From: the human T2T-CHM13v2.0 reference genome, Homo sapiens
Assembly (NCBI RefSeq): GCF_009914755.1
Contig: NC_060927.1
Reading direction: 5' to 3' (one strand)
Length of the DNA stretch: 64,000 nt
Shown: positions 28,735 to 43,030 of the stretch, in pieces
Layout: every line of letters starts with the position of its first letter
Numbering within the stretch: position 1 is the first letter of the stretch
The notes under the pieces: model-generated
The model's database searches: none
Told to the model about the DNA's origin: nothing
What the model saw: the letters and a program-made list of their open reading frames with translations, nothing else
Translations under genes and position numbers: made by a program

Positions 28735-31512
28735 CTAGTGTTGGCCAGTAGATGGGGATTTGCCTTTTAGGTCTCTGCTACACCAGATCCTTGTTGAATT
28801 CTCATTTCTCCATTCCATGTGTACCATAAACTCCATACCTACAAGTGTTACCAGTTTTTCCCCCAGTTTTTCATCCCTTTCCAAGAAGATGGGAAACAAG
28901 AGTGATACGACTTTATGTTCCATTGTCCCTTGGCCATCTTGGCATCTGCTGTGTTTGTTGGCCAGTTTTAATTATTTTATGACACAGACAACAGGAGCTG
29001 GGCTATGGTCACCAATTTGTTACTCACAGCCTGCTAATTACTTAGCTGGTAGATGCTGGCTCCCAGTTATTGCCTTTTTGTGTTCTGCTGGGGCCAAAGT
29101 GAGGCCTCCTTAGAGGAATACTGTCTGAAATCTCTTGAGCAAGAATTCAGCTGGCCAAATCACAGTGTGTGCAGTGCTTATTATGTGCCCACAGCTTGTA
29201 CCAGATAGAGGGGAACACAAGTTGGCATGTCGACTCTAACAGATAAAGTCTCTTTGGGACAGGCAATCTGGTCACATAGGTATTTTTGCTCCTTTGGGAT
29301 TTATTTTAAGTCACGGAATGGTAGAGACAGAAGGAGTCTTGGAAATTATCCAGTCCAACCTCCACATTTTGCTGAGAAGGACCGAGATTACGGGAGGCTT
29401 AAATTTACTCCAGGTCATACAGCCCTAGTTTCTTTCTATTGCAGCAGGTTGTTCCTTGTCCTATTCGGGAACCTTGCATATGACAACCATTCCAGTCCAT
29501 CTCCACATCAATGGCAACAGCCCACTCATACAGCACTGGAAAACAGAAAACTATGCACAGAAACACTCTAGATAGATATTCTGGGACTTTTATATCAATG
29601 CACAGAAACAAACCTTTGCCTTTGCTTTTAGCTCTCTCCTCTGGTCTAATTTTTTTTAAAAGAGAAAGTAAAGAATCTCTTTATTCCATTCTTTTTTCTG
29701 TATAACTAGGAGCAGAATCAGCAGTTCTGATCAAGCCTCCTTGGTGTAAGTAAACACAGCATCATCCCATTCTTCTTATGTCCTCAGTTTGAGTACAGCC
29801 TTATAGGTTTTTGTATACTTCGTGGTAAATTTCACAGATGCATGTATATTTTTTAAAAAGACATAGTACACCAAATACTGATCTAGTGGAGAAAAGTAAA
29901 AATTACAAAATTTAGAATCAAGCATTTATAGGTTCAAAAGCAGGATTTGACACTTAATAATTGTGTCACCTTCATTTAACATTTCAGAACCTCAGTTTCA
30001 CCATCTGTACAATGGGACTAATAATAGTAACTGTTGAGGGCTTTAGCAATGCACCTTCATCATTCCTGTCTCCCTTTTGCCTCTTACATGGGTATAACTG
30101 GGTCAAAAACTGTGCTTAGTTTCTCATGGATCAATTTGGTTCTTTTCTTTTTCAAAAATGCCAAGAGAAGAAACTAAGGGAATATACATTCCTTGTTTAA
30201 GAAGACTTAAAAGTTCATCCCTAAAAGCAATTTTTAAAACAAGCATCATCTAAGAATGTTTTAGAATACTCAGTTTCTCTTTTCTCATTCTACTTCTTTG
30301 CCCTTTTCCTCTATTTATTTCCCTGTTGTCCTCCCTACAAACAGCTTTTGTAAAATGTACATGAATGGCCCAAGGCTTCCATCGTTCCTCTGTCCCTGAA
30401 TCAACTCTGTCCAGACCCGAGCTTTGGATCTGTGAGTGACGCAAGAAGCTGTTTTTGGCTTCAGGAATGTTTTCCTCTACATTCTGACTCCTCTCTTGTT
30501 GTTCTTCTTTCCTCTCCATCTTTTCTCCACCTCTCTTCCCCAGACACCCCCACTGTTTCTCTCTTCCTGTTTTCTTAGTTTCTTTTCCTCTCCTTGGTGG
30601 CCAAAGCACCAATCAATCACAGCTGTGGTCACAATTACAGTTCTGTCCGTGACTCCTCTATCTCCATGATAAAACAAGACAGGAGTAGCCTCTCCAAAAG
30701 GCAGACAATATCCACAGTAGCCTGTGGGAGGCTGCCTGGCGTGGACAAGTCAGCCAATAAGAGGTTTTCCTTGCAGCTGCAAGGCTTGGGAGAGTGAAAC
30801 GACAGCTAGCTGTGCAAGTTTGCTGGTGACACAATGAAGTGTTTTGCTTCAAAAACCATGGGAAAATTCTGATACATTCCAGATAATTTCAAAACATATT
30901 TGCGGGTCAGATATACCAAAGGCAAATAAAAATCTGAGTTAGGTAAGCACAGGCTGATGTACAAATCTATTTAGATCCAAACATCTTGCAGATTGGATGA
31001 CATTAAATTTGACAATTCCCAGTTAGGGATGATAAAAATTGAACTTTGTTCTCTTTAAACCCCAAGCCATTACAAGAAGAGCGGGTTCACTCGAAGTTGA
31101 AGTTGAATAGCTAGTAAAAAGCAAAGGGAAGTGTGCATTATGGATGAACATTGGAAAGATTTTAAATCCAGTTAAGAAACTGGACTATTTGGAAAGACAC
31201 AAAAGTATATTTAAAAATACCTATATTGTGTTTGCACGGGAGGCGCACCTTCACAGTCTAACCTAATACACCTGTCCCATCATTCCGATTCTAGGAAGAC
31301 AGATTCTGCTTGGTGCTGCACAGGGGAAAAGCAGCTTTTGCCTTGCATTTCCTGCACATCCCAGATTCATCAATATCATGAGGGTTATTGAGCCAGCATG
31401 GCCATATGCCTGAGCAAAACTCACGCCTTTTATTTCATGCAGTTAATACAGCTAAATCTTGTTTTTTCTTGTCTCAGCTTTTACCTTGACATTTCCAAAC
31501 CTACAAAAAATG

Positions 31513-31800
31513 TCTCACACCTGTAATCCCAGCACTTTAGGGGGCTGAGGCTGGAGGATCACTTGAGGCCACGAGTTCAAGGCTAGCCTGAGCAACATAG
31601 CAAGATCCTATCTCTACAGAAAAAAAAAAACATTAAAAAGCATTAACCAGGTGTGGCATGGCCCTATTGTCCCAGCTATTCAGGAGGATGAGGCAGGAGG
31701 ATTGCTTGAGCCCAGGAGTTCAAGGTTATAGTGAGCTATGATTGTACCACTGCACTCCAGCTTGGGTGACAGAGCAAGGCACTGTGTCTAAAAAATTAAA
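31513..31800 (+). mobile_element. AluJ
   Basis: Diverged Alu with GGATTGCTTGAGCCCAGGAGTTC right-arm motif. Confidence 0.85.
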
Positions 31801-34259
31801 ATTACAAATTAAAACAAAATTAAACCTACAAAAATCCTGAAAAAAATTGTAAAGAGCACTAACATCACCCAGTTTCACCAATGGGACATTCTTTTATATA
31901 AATATAATGCCAATCATCCTTCCAAGGTACTTAACATTGATACACTAGTATTATCTAAAATAAACTCCATACTTAAACTTCCTCAATTGTCCCTGCAGCT
32001 TTTTAAATGTCTTTTATGACTTGAATAATTTTGAAGAGTCCAAGCCAGTGTTTTGCAAAATGTCCCTATAATCTGGATTTATCTAATTGCTTCTTTATAA
32101 TTAGATTCAGGTTAAAATATTTTTGCCAAAAATACTACACAGAAGATGGCGTGTGCTTGCATTGTATTGTATCAGGAGACAATGATGTCTGTTTGTCTTG
32201 TTTTGGGTGATGTAAAGTTTGATCACTTGGTTGAGGTGGCTGCCATATTTCTACTTGGTAGAAATATTCTTTTGCATTGTAATTTTTTTCTCCGTTTATC
32301 CAAAGGTTTTAACATCTATTGATGATCTTTGCTTTATTGCACTGATATTAACCGAGTGTTAATTTTTCTAATTTTTTCATTCCTTTTGTATGCATTAGAT
32401 AGAATATTCAATATCTGGGTCTTTCTGACACCAAAGCTCATACTCTTTCTAGGACACGAGCTACCTTTTTAATACATAAACAAATAAAGCTAGTCATCTG
32501 AAGCTGCTAGGAAAAGAAAACATTTTAATTTCATCTCTCGTTTGGAGCTGCATTATCTTTTAACTTGGCAAAAATGAACTCCTTCCATAGCTTTGAAACC
32601 TACTTTAAAAATCCCAAGACTATAGCCCCCACAGAGCTGTTATTTTTAAGGCTCACATGTGAAGGAATGTATTTTAAAGAGGTAGAGAATGTTCATATCA
32701 GGTTCCCTCTCTCCGCATCACTGATGTTCTTCCACTTCTTTGAGTGTCTAATTTTGCTTGACTGATTTATTGATTGATGATTTCTTGTGTTTGGTGTGGA
32801 GGGGGGAACATTGGAATAAAAATGTCAATTTGGGCTTTCTGTTTGTTTTCAGTGGCAAAACTGGCTTGAAGTGTTTGGTGAAGCTACCGCCTTTTTCCCT
32901 GAGCCAAGATCCTGGGATCCCCTGGGTTGAGGAGAAGGTGGAGTCTGCAAAGCAGCCTACAGCGACCTTGACACCACCACCTCCTAGGAGAACTTGCAGG
33001 CCCAACTTGCAGTCAGTTAGTGCCACGTGGGATGACTAGAGGGAGCAGGGGCCCTATAAACCTTGCTGGCTGCCAGGACATGGGCACACAGACACGGCTG
33101 ATCAGAGAGGAAGCCCAAGACAGAAGCAGTGACACTTTCTCTTCTTTCCTAGTAGCTGCTCTCACTGAAAATGTCCTTTTTTAATGAAATTAGTGGGACT
33201 AGATTCCTGCGGGAAAACACACAGAGAGAAACCCTATTCTACCTCTCTTCCTTCTCTTTGTTATATTAAGTGGCAACAGCTCCTCTAATCACTAATAAAT
33301 TCAGGTTTATAAGTCACAATAGCAGTGTCAGGGTTAGGCTGTGAGTGTTACAGGCACTTAAAAGGTCCTTCAAGTTAAAACAAAAAATACTCTCTTTGTT
33401 TGCCATCTTTGTACTGTTTAACATGAGTATTTCAACAGTCTTTATTTTCCAAACATGCAAACAGGAGAGAGTGATCTGACCCACAGCATATTGACATACC
33501 ATCTAGCTATAACCTTGAGATAAAAAGTAAAGGAAAAAGTCAAAACAGCTCAAACCAAATACTAATACAAACAAGTCTTTCTTCACTCTCGACCCCTTCC
33601 CCCCCCATATCAGTGGAACAAACTAGCATCAACACTCATTGACGGTGGTGGATTCACATGGCTCTATACTTGTGCAGCTTCAGGGGGACAGGAGAGCCCA
33701 AATACAAAGGGGAAAGTTTAATGTATTAATCAACTAATTCAACAAATACTTATTACTATATGTATCTGCTCTGATGCAGACAAGGTTGTAGACGCTGGGA
33801 ATATCTCATACATTTAAGGGATGTATAAGACTTGCAAGGTCTCTGGCCCTTGTGAAATTTATCTAGTGGTGTTAGAAAAAAAAAATCAGAGAATATAGCC
33901 CACAGTGTTGAGAGGAGATAAGAAATAGCAGCTGTACCAGAAAGCATGAGTTGGTTTCCTGGATTCTGTATATCCAGGAATGCAACTGCTTCAAAATCTG
34001 GGTCAAACTGTGGAATGGCTATTAAAGACAGAAAGGCAGAAAGAAAAAAAGCAGAGAATCAGAGAGAAGCTTCTCTTTCCACCACATATGGGAGGGTCCT
34101 TTGGGAGTTTTTACCAAATTGTTCAGGAAGAGTTAAACATGATGTTTTTAAGGTGATGAATTTAAAAAAAAACAACAATAAGTGCACCTTTGTCCCACGA
34201 TGGAAGGACCCCAAAGGTGGAACATCCCAATTTAACAAGAGTAACTTTCTGAACATCTT

Positions 34260-34490
34260 CGTTATGCTAAACTCTGGGCTAGGCATTTATGGTTTTAGCT
34301 CATTTAATCCTCTCAACCAAATCCATTAAAGATAAACACTAACTTTTATTCCCATTTCGCACACGAATAAATAGACCTAGAGAAGTTAAGTAACTTGCCC
34401 TTACTCAAGGACACAAACCTGGTAGAGAGTGGAACCAGAATCGGATCACAGCTCCATCTGACTCAAAATCGATGTCCTAAACCACTTCAT
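34260..34490. mobile_element. MIR
   Basis: CTCATTTAATCCTC...AGAGAAGTTAAGTAACTTGCCC core. Confidence 0.6.
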
Positions 34491-35493
34491 TTGCATTCAT
34501 AAAATTATTTTTCATCCTTTTATTTCAGTAAAAAGGAATAATGTATTAATGTTAAATAGGAAAATTATTCAGATGGCTTCAGAAACTGACCTGTGTTTTT
34601 AAGATATTTTTTTGAACAGACATCCACATATATCCAATCAGTCAAAATCAAATAACACCATTTTCTCAAATGCATGAAAAAGTAAGAGATGACTTGTAAC
34701 TGCCTAAATGTACCTAAGTTCAATATCTCAAATTAGAATTATGATTCAAGAATGAATGGGGATCAGCATTTTATTCAACTGATGAATTGCTCCTCAAAGT
34801 TTATTTTATTTTATAACTGCATACATTTCCATCATCACACTTTAATTGAAAATTAAATTAATAGTAAAATAAGGTGAAACTGGTTTAGTGAAAACAATGC
34901 AAAACTCCATAATAAAGTTCATGCCCATTTGGGAATGAATCCATATCAAAAATCTTTATCAAAAATAATTGTAGTGGAATTAAACTTTGAAAGGAGGTGA
35001 AGGTCTTGCTTTGGGTTGAAATCATTTAAATTAAATATAATGAAAAGTGACCAGGGTGCTTATTTTTACTTTGTTTTGTGGGAAATTGTGCTGGGAATGT
35101 GGATCTATTGTACACAAAGGATGTTGGCTTTATGCTGGAACCACTAGGCAGGTTGAGTTGAGAAACAATTAGCTCAGTCAGCAAGCCTTTGAATCTGATT
35201 AAGCCAGGAAGTGGTCACTCCCCAGGACAGGGCAGAATGAAGGGAATCAAGGCAGCAATCCAAAGCAAGGGATAATTTTTTTCTCTCTTTCTCTTAAATA
35301 AATTGTTATTAGAATTTATTGTGTCAAATTTATGCCAAGGACTATTTGAGTACATTTCATCTTTGGTAAAACAAATAGAATCTTGTTTCCAAGTAGATCA
35401 ACAGTTCGTATGTGTCGTGGCTACTGTCTCTAAGAAACTTCTATTTACTGAGGCCTGTCATACGCTCATGTTTTGGTAACAAAACATCTTTGA

Positions 35494-35682
<189 letters not shown>

Positions 35683-36562
35683 TGAAAATAGTTTATTAAA
35701 TATATTGAGAAAATAAAAGAAGGTGGGAGGGAAAGGGAAAACAGAAGAACATATCCTTTTAAATTGTTCTAACAATACAAAGAAGTCAAAATTCCACAAA
35801 AAATCAGAATCCGCCTTGGAACATTGATTTCTATTAATTGCATTTTAAGTATAAAAATGATCTTAATATTGTTTTATCATGTATACATGTATATTATGTA
35901 TTTTTAATGACATGCTGCTCAAGAAATTCTTAAAAAGTTATTTTATTTTAATCCTCTTAACTTGATATGCTAAGAAATTAGAATCTTTTGAAATGTGAAT
36001 TTTGAATTTAGAAAAAAACATAAACCTTGAAAAGTAATTTTAAAATAGAGAACAAAGTAAAATAATTTTCAAACTAATGCTTTCATTGCAAACACTAAGA
36101 TGTACATGGCCCCAAAATTTACAAACCCCAAATATTTGTTTTTCCACCTTTCTCTTGCAAGCAACTGTTTGAACTGAAAATAACTCAATAATTTTCAATT
36201 ATTTGAAAATAATTCAAATAATTCAATAATTCAAGATGGACTTCACAATTCACTAGGAAAGTACATGTGCCAAGTACAGCGTACGACACTAAGTAGTACT
36301 CCGTGTGCGCTCATTGAATCATTGCACAGATAAACGATTGGCCTGGTCCCTTAGCTCTCCAACCAAAAAAAAATGGGCACATCTAGTCTTGGGAGTAGCT
36401 GGCTTCCATGCTGGTATGATTTAAGAGAAGTTACAGAGACCCACCTGTCCAACAAATCCTTCTCTCATTGATTCCTGTGACGCCTGACACTACTGGAGAC
36501 TGGAGAATTCAATATTGAAGCTTTTTGATCTTAAGGAATCTTCTATTAAAATGTAGCCACTT

Positions 36563-36895
<333 letters not shown>

Positions 36896-38149
36896 TTAAA
36901 AAGTTAAAACTTTAACTGAGATACCACCTAAAAACTAGACCTCAGGAAATATAAATTTTAATCTACTTATTAGATAAATATTTATGAATAGCCCCCTATG
37001 TCGTTGAGTTACAATGAAGGATCCAACAAGGTCTTCATCTTAAAGGAACTTGGTCTAGTGGGGTTTGATGAATGTGTGCAGATAGACGGAAGCCAGTGGG
37101 ATTATGGGAGAGTCGATGGAATGAGGAAACCACAGGGTTATCTTTCTCTTTCTCAGTTTTTTTTTCTTTTTCAATACATTCTTTTGCATCTATCACCCCA
37201 ATCTTGATCTTCCCTTCTTTTCTCCAACACCTACCTGAAACCACAATTCATTCAAAGAAATATTTGTTTAAGTTCTACTGGAATGCAGAGATGGCAGTTA
37301 CACTTATTCAAGTGGCTTCCAAACTTTTTTTTGGTGACTCAGAGTCAGAAAAATATTTTAGGTGAGGACCCAGAATGTACATAAATACATCTACATTCTT
37401 CTCTCTAGATAAATAGATATCTACATCTATTATGTATATACATGTATAGTAGATGTTTATATATCTATAAAACAAAAGTTGCTCAAAATAGTACTTACCC
37501 TCTATGTGAAACATATTCTGATATTTTCTATTTCATTTAATTTTTTTAAAAATTCTGATTTCACAAAGTTTAACAATATCATGATTAGAGTTCAACCCTA
37601 CATTCTTTTGTTACAGCTGTTTGCCTATCCTTTCAGACTGCAACATAATACATTAAACAAATATTGGTGATTTTGATTAAGATTACAGATGATTGAATGT
37701 ATTGTTCTAGGCCAAACATCTATTTTTACCAGTTAGGCCCGGAGAAATGATATGATGTGTCTCCAGCACATAGTTAATTGGTAACTGTTTGATTTCAGAG
37801 GTGGCAGCATCAGGAAATGGAGTCAGAGATAAAGGATTTAGAGAAGTGGACCTGTTTTCAAGTCCTGACTTTGATGTTCTTGGTAGGAGGTCAAAAGCAG
37901 GACCCTCAGCCAGCCAGTTCCTCATTCCCTTTATCTGTAAAATGGGGAATTTTACAGATAAAAAGAGCCCACGTGTAAAACTGTCCAACCCTAAGATGCA
38001 CAGTGAGAAGGAACACAATTTAAACAAAGATTGTATAATAAAGAGCTTTGCCAATTTTAAAGCCCTCTTCAAATGCTAGTTAATACTATGCCTTTCATTT
38101 GTGCCCTACTCTCTGTTCAAGCCCTTTGTTCTTAATCCTGTGTCACCCA

Positions 38150-38720
38150 CCTCACTTTCCTATCCTACTCCCTCGTAACCTGCTGAGTTCTCCATCCTGT
38201 TACTTCCTGGACTTCATCTCCTACCACTCTTCCCTTAGGTCACTTCTCTCCCATCACATTGGCTCCTTGCAGTTTTCAAACATGCCATGATGTGTTTCTG
38301 CCTCAGGGCCTTTGCACTACCTGCCCTCTGCCTAAAGCCTCTTCCTGAACTTGGCTCACTCCCTAGTCTCCTTCAATTCTTGATTAATTCTTTATCAAAC
38401 AACACTTTTTTATGGAGGTTTGCTCCCATTACACTATTTAAAATTGTAATCCCCTGACCCCAACTGGTGTTCCCAATCTCTGATACCCTGCTCTATTTTT
38501 TCCTCATAACACTTATTAGCATATAAGACACTATATAATTTTTCAATTTATTGTTTGTATATTCCCCTCTCCTCTAACAAATGTATATTGTAGAAGGGCA
38601 GGGATTGTTTTTTCTATTATGTTTACTGCTGTATCTGAAGAACTTGGAACAAAGGGAATTACAAACTCTGTGTTCAATAAATATTGTTCAATAAGTATTG
38701 TTGAATGAGTGAATGAATCT
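38150..38720 (+). mobile_element. L2 3' region
   Basis: CTGCCTCAGGGCCTTTGCACT motif; ends in GTTGAATGAGTGAATGAAT. Confidence 0.7.
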
Positions 38721-39638
38721 CATACCCTCCGTTCTGTTGGTACAGAATTTCTTATACAGTTGAATACCAATTAGGTTGCAAAGACTAAAGGTCAGGGTGG
38801 TATTTATATTATACTAGTGCAGGAAAAAATCCTCATGAGAAGGAAAGTAATACAAATGCTCAGTCTTTCAATAATGTCTAAATTTGGACGAACGTTATGT
38901 TTTTTTACTAGTGAGTTTCCTACTGAACCACAGTTCTGTCTGATCAGGGTGAACTTCAAACAGTCTCTGACTCATTCCACAACCTCCCTTACCAATCACT
39001 TCTTAACTTGCCTCCAAAGTATGTCTTCCTCCAGTGACAAGATTTGTACATTTCAACCATATTAACATTTCCTTTTACAGATGACTCCATATTTCCTTGG
39101 GGACTTGTAAGAAAGAGATTTTTGTATATGATACAGTACTTTGAATTTGTTCAAAGTCTTTCATTCAAGACTCTCTAAGTACTTCATATAGATTGGTCCT
39201 CAGACTCCCTAGTTCCATTTTGACATTTATATGACAAGCAATTTTCCTAGAATTTTGGAGCTAGGTTATTTAAAAGCATCAGCTGCTAGCAAGTATTCAG
39301 TGAGGAGATCATAATACCATAAGGAATGAGTTCTATTAATTCTAGAAAACATGGCTTGTAGATCAAGTTCTGATGAAAAGACTGGAGTGCAATGAGTTTA
39401 AACACAGGCCCTGAGGGCTGGACAGCCCAGTGACTTGGCCAATGGCAAGTGCAGCGCTGCACCCAGAGCCCTGCTTAGAGAAGGGAATTTGGGAGAAAGG
39501 TCACGCTAGATTTAGTTTTGCAGTCTTCCTCAACGGAAGTTCTGCCCCTTCCTCGACGGTTAGAGAAGGGGCTTGATTACATGACCATGCACGTCTGTTA
39601 CAGCTTCCACAGTTGCATGTCTTCCAACTGCCTGATGG

Positions 39639-40118
39639 TGTCAAAGAAAAACCAGAGCTGAACAGTTAGTTAAAGCAATAAAAGCAAATTTTATTCAGGA
39701 TTATTGCAATAGGGAAAAAGAGACATCAATATAGAACAAGGTTCTAGTCCAAGCACAGCATGAGCAAATGGGAATTTATAGCTGAGAAGCAGCTATAAGG
39801 GTAAAAGTCAGTGGATGGAAAATTACTAACAGGAAATATCAGGGGCAAGGGGGATTCTGGCTATACAGACCTACCAGTTTTCTTGCTGAAGACAGGCCAG
39901 GGTGATCAGACATCACGGTGGGGATGGGGGAGGAGGAGAAATCTGACTAGTTATAGAGGGTGATCAGATATTGAGACTAGGGGGGGTTCTTGCTAAACTG
40001 ACTCATCAGCAGCAGGGTTCTTGTGCTCAAACTGGATTTTACAAGAAAGTACACAGATGGGCCTAGGAGAAGGTTCAGGAACCTGACTAAAGTTTGATCA
40101 AGCAAATAATCTATGTCA
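39639..40118 (-). mobile_element. Solo LTR, ERV1-like
   Basis: TG...CA termini with 4-bp TSD ATGG (39635-39638, 40119-40122); minus-strand AATAAA near the left end; family not identified. Confidence 0.65.
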
Positions 40119-40275
40119 ATGGTCCATTTTTCCACTTAGATATCCTAAGCTGCTTTAAGGCCAACTTGTCTAAAACCAAATTAATCATCTTGTCACCAAA
40201 ACCATTTTTTTTCTTCTCCAACTTCCCTGTCATTGTCTTGGTAACTCAATTCCAAATACTGGAGTGATTTTGACT

Positions 40276-40455
40276 CAACCTGTTCCTCTAAACTATCCCT
40301 TCTCAAACTGTAACGTGCATACAAATCATTAGCAGATCTTGATGAGATGCAGGTTCTAATTCAGCAGGTCTGGGGTGGGGCCTGAGAGTCTGCATGTCTA
40401 ATGAGTTCCCAGAGGATGCCCATGCTGCTGGTCCTAGGACCACACTGCAGGCAGC
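40276..40455. mobile_element. MER5A-like hAT MITE
   Basis: CTTCTCAAACT...AGGTCTGGGGTGGGGCCTGAGAGTCTGCAT...GGACCACACT. Confidence 0.75.
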
Positions 40456-40697
40456 AATGCCCTACAGCCTAACACCAACCCTACTCTAATCAGTTGCCAT
40501 GTAACTTTAATTTTTCCTACAAGGCATACCCCTATGCATTCCTTCCTTTTCCATCTCACTCTATACCCCCTTACCACTTGCCATCACTTCTCAGATTTTA
40601 TGCCTAGGTAACTTTGATAGCCAAACTGTGGGAATCTATCCATTAGTGAATTATAAAATCAATCTATTGAGTAGCTAGCAGTATTTACAATAAATGC

Positions 40698-40830
40698 ATA
40701 GAATAGAATAGAATAGGATAGAATAGAATAGAATAGAATAGAATAGAATAGAATAGAATAGAATAGAATAGAATAGAACAGAGGAGAACAGAGTAGAGTG
40801 GAGTGGAGTGGAGTGGAGTGGAATGGAATA
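40698..40830. repeat. Compound pentanucleotide microsatellite (GAATA)n-(GAGTG)n
   Basis: Direct reading. Confidence 0.95.
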
Positions 40831-42993
40831 GATAATATTAGAATGCACCACATTTTTTATATCTGACCAAAATTTGTATATCTTTTATATGCATCATAAT
40901 GCATATGATGCATAATGATGGTTACATATTATTTTGGTCAGATATAAAAATATTTATAACTATGACATAAAATGTATTCGTTATTGTGGCTAGAGTTGAA
41001 AAAATAAATCTGAAGACCAGGGTTCTACAGAGATGTCTAGGCCTCCCCGTATTCCAATCTAGTGTGCACACAACTGGCTCATCTTTCTAAACCCCTTCAG
41101 TAGTCAGGCTACAGGTCCTTCAAAAATCTTTCACGTTGCTTCATTGTCCCTAAACAAAGTTCAGACGTGCTAGACTGCATTGTGAGGTCCTTCTCACCCT
41201 GGTATTACCTGGCTTTCAATCCTGATTTTCTACTCTTCTCTGCCAAGAACTGGCCCTCCTTTCAGTGTGGACTCCTCACTCCCTGCTCCCTAAGCATGGC
41301 AGCCACTTCCCCACCTTTGCACATGCTGCTCCCACAGACTGAGCTGCCCTCCCTCTGTCACCTCCCATTGAAATCACATCCATCCTTAAACCCACTTCAG
41401 ATCCTATTTCTCCATGGTGCCTTTATCATCGATGTTTCCCCTGTAAGTGATACCTTATCTCTGAGCTCTTCTCATGCAGAAAACATTCATCCTTCTTGCC
41501 TAGTGTTGTAGCCATTCTCGTGTGTGCATTATTTTTACACCTGAACTGTAAATTCCAGCGGCAGTCAGAACCACTATTTGTACAATTACTATTTGGGGAT
41601 CTTGTTCATCTTATTTAGCCTTTCTGTGCCTCATTTTAAAAGTGGGAGGATATCTACATGATAAGGTCATTGTGAGGATTAAATGAGTTAACACATGTGA
41701 AGTGTTCAACATATATTAAACACTCACTCAATACATGTTAACATTTATTATTACTTTATCAGCACAGTACCTAGCACATTGCTTGTTTGCAGTAGACTCA
41801 TAACAGATGCTTGTAAGTGAATAAATTAACCATATTAATATGATACCTCTTAAAGTTTCTATTTCTATTGTGAGGGCTCCCTGCTTCCTTCAATTCATCT
41901 ACTTCTGGGAACTACGTCCTCTACTTAGGCAATTTAAAGATTTAGTGGGAGGGTTCACAATGATCATGCAATCAAAGTGTTAGCAGTAATTGTTGCAAAA
42001 CCCAGCTGATATCCCTGGAAGCGCCCAGAAAGCAAGGCAGCAGCATGTCAAGGAGAGCTGAGGGAGGCGAGTGCAGGATGGGGGCCCTCTCTTCTTTCCC
42101 CACTCACTGCCAGACACAGCCTCCACTCTCCCCTTCCTCATAACCTGGCCTCCTCTTCAGCCAACTATTCCCCCCTCAGACACTCCCTCTCTCACATTTT
42201 CTCTTCCCCTTGACTTGTCCTGCCTACCCTCAAATCTCTTCCTTTTTCATTCTTTTCTCCTCCCTATCTAAAAATATAATTTTCAAGAAGAAATGGAAGA
42301 AAGAAAAGGGGAAGTCTGCGCATCTTGGGGAAAATAGCCCTATTCTATCTCCCATGTCTGGCGGGGAGCACCAATAAAGATGGGTGCGCTAACCTCTTGA
42401 GCTGCCTTTCAATTTGCAGGGTGGATTTAACAAGTTACTGAAGGCATTCATACTCAGCCTACTGCATGAAAGATCTTTTTCAAAGTTTTATGTAAACAAA
42501 GCAAAATTCAAGCTGGCAGCTACAAAAATAACAGGCAACTGAAATTCTGCAGCATTTTTCAACTTTTTGAAAGGAAAGAAACAGCTCATGCCAAAGTAGT
42601 TAAGGCAACCTGGAATCTCAGCATCTGATAATGTCAGCTATCTACTCAGAGTTAAACCAGCAGAGGGGCGTGAGCCTGTCTCCCTTGCTTATCTGGCTTC
42701 AGTGTTTCTCTCTCTGACAGAGGAGTGATGTGTCAATTGAGGGCCATGCCTCCCAAAGCACAGAAAGCCCCAGGCTTACCCTACAGCACCGGTGTTACAG
42801 TTGCTCTTAATAATTCTTTTGTTTTCTTGTACTATTTATGCTGGCTCACCCTCCATAGGGTCCCTTGGAAACTTTCCTCTTGCAGAATCAAGCCAGGAAC
42901 CCCTTTTGACTACAGATGGTTCTGTTTTTATCCATGGGAGTTTTATGGTATGGCGATGCCAAGTCTGGAATTGTAGGCTCAGCTACATGAGAA

Positions 42994-43030
42994 GTGTGTG
43001 TCTGTGTGTGTGTGTGCACGCGCGTGTGTG
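42994..43030. repeat. (TG)n/(CG) dinucleotide repeat
   Basis: Direct reading. Confidence 0.85.
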
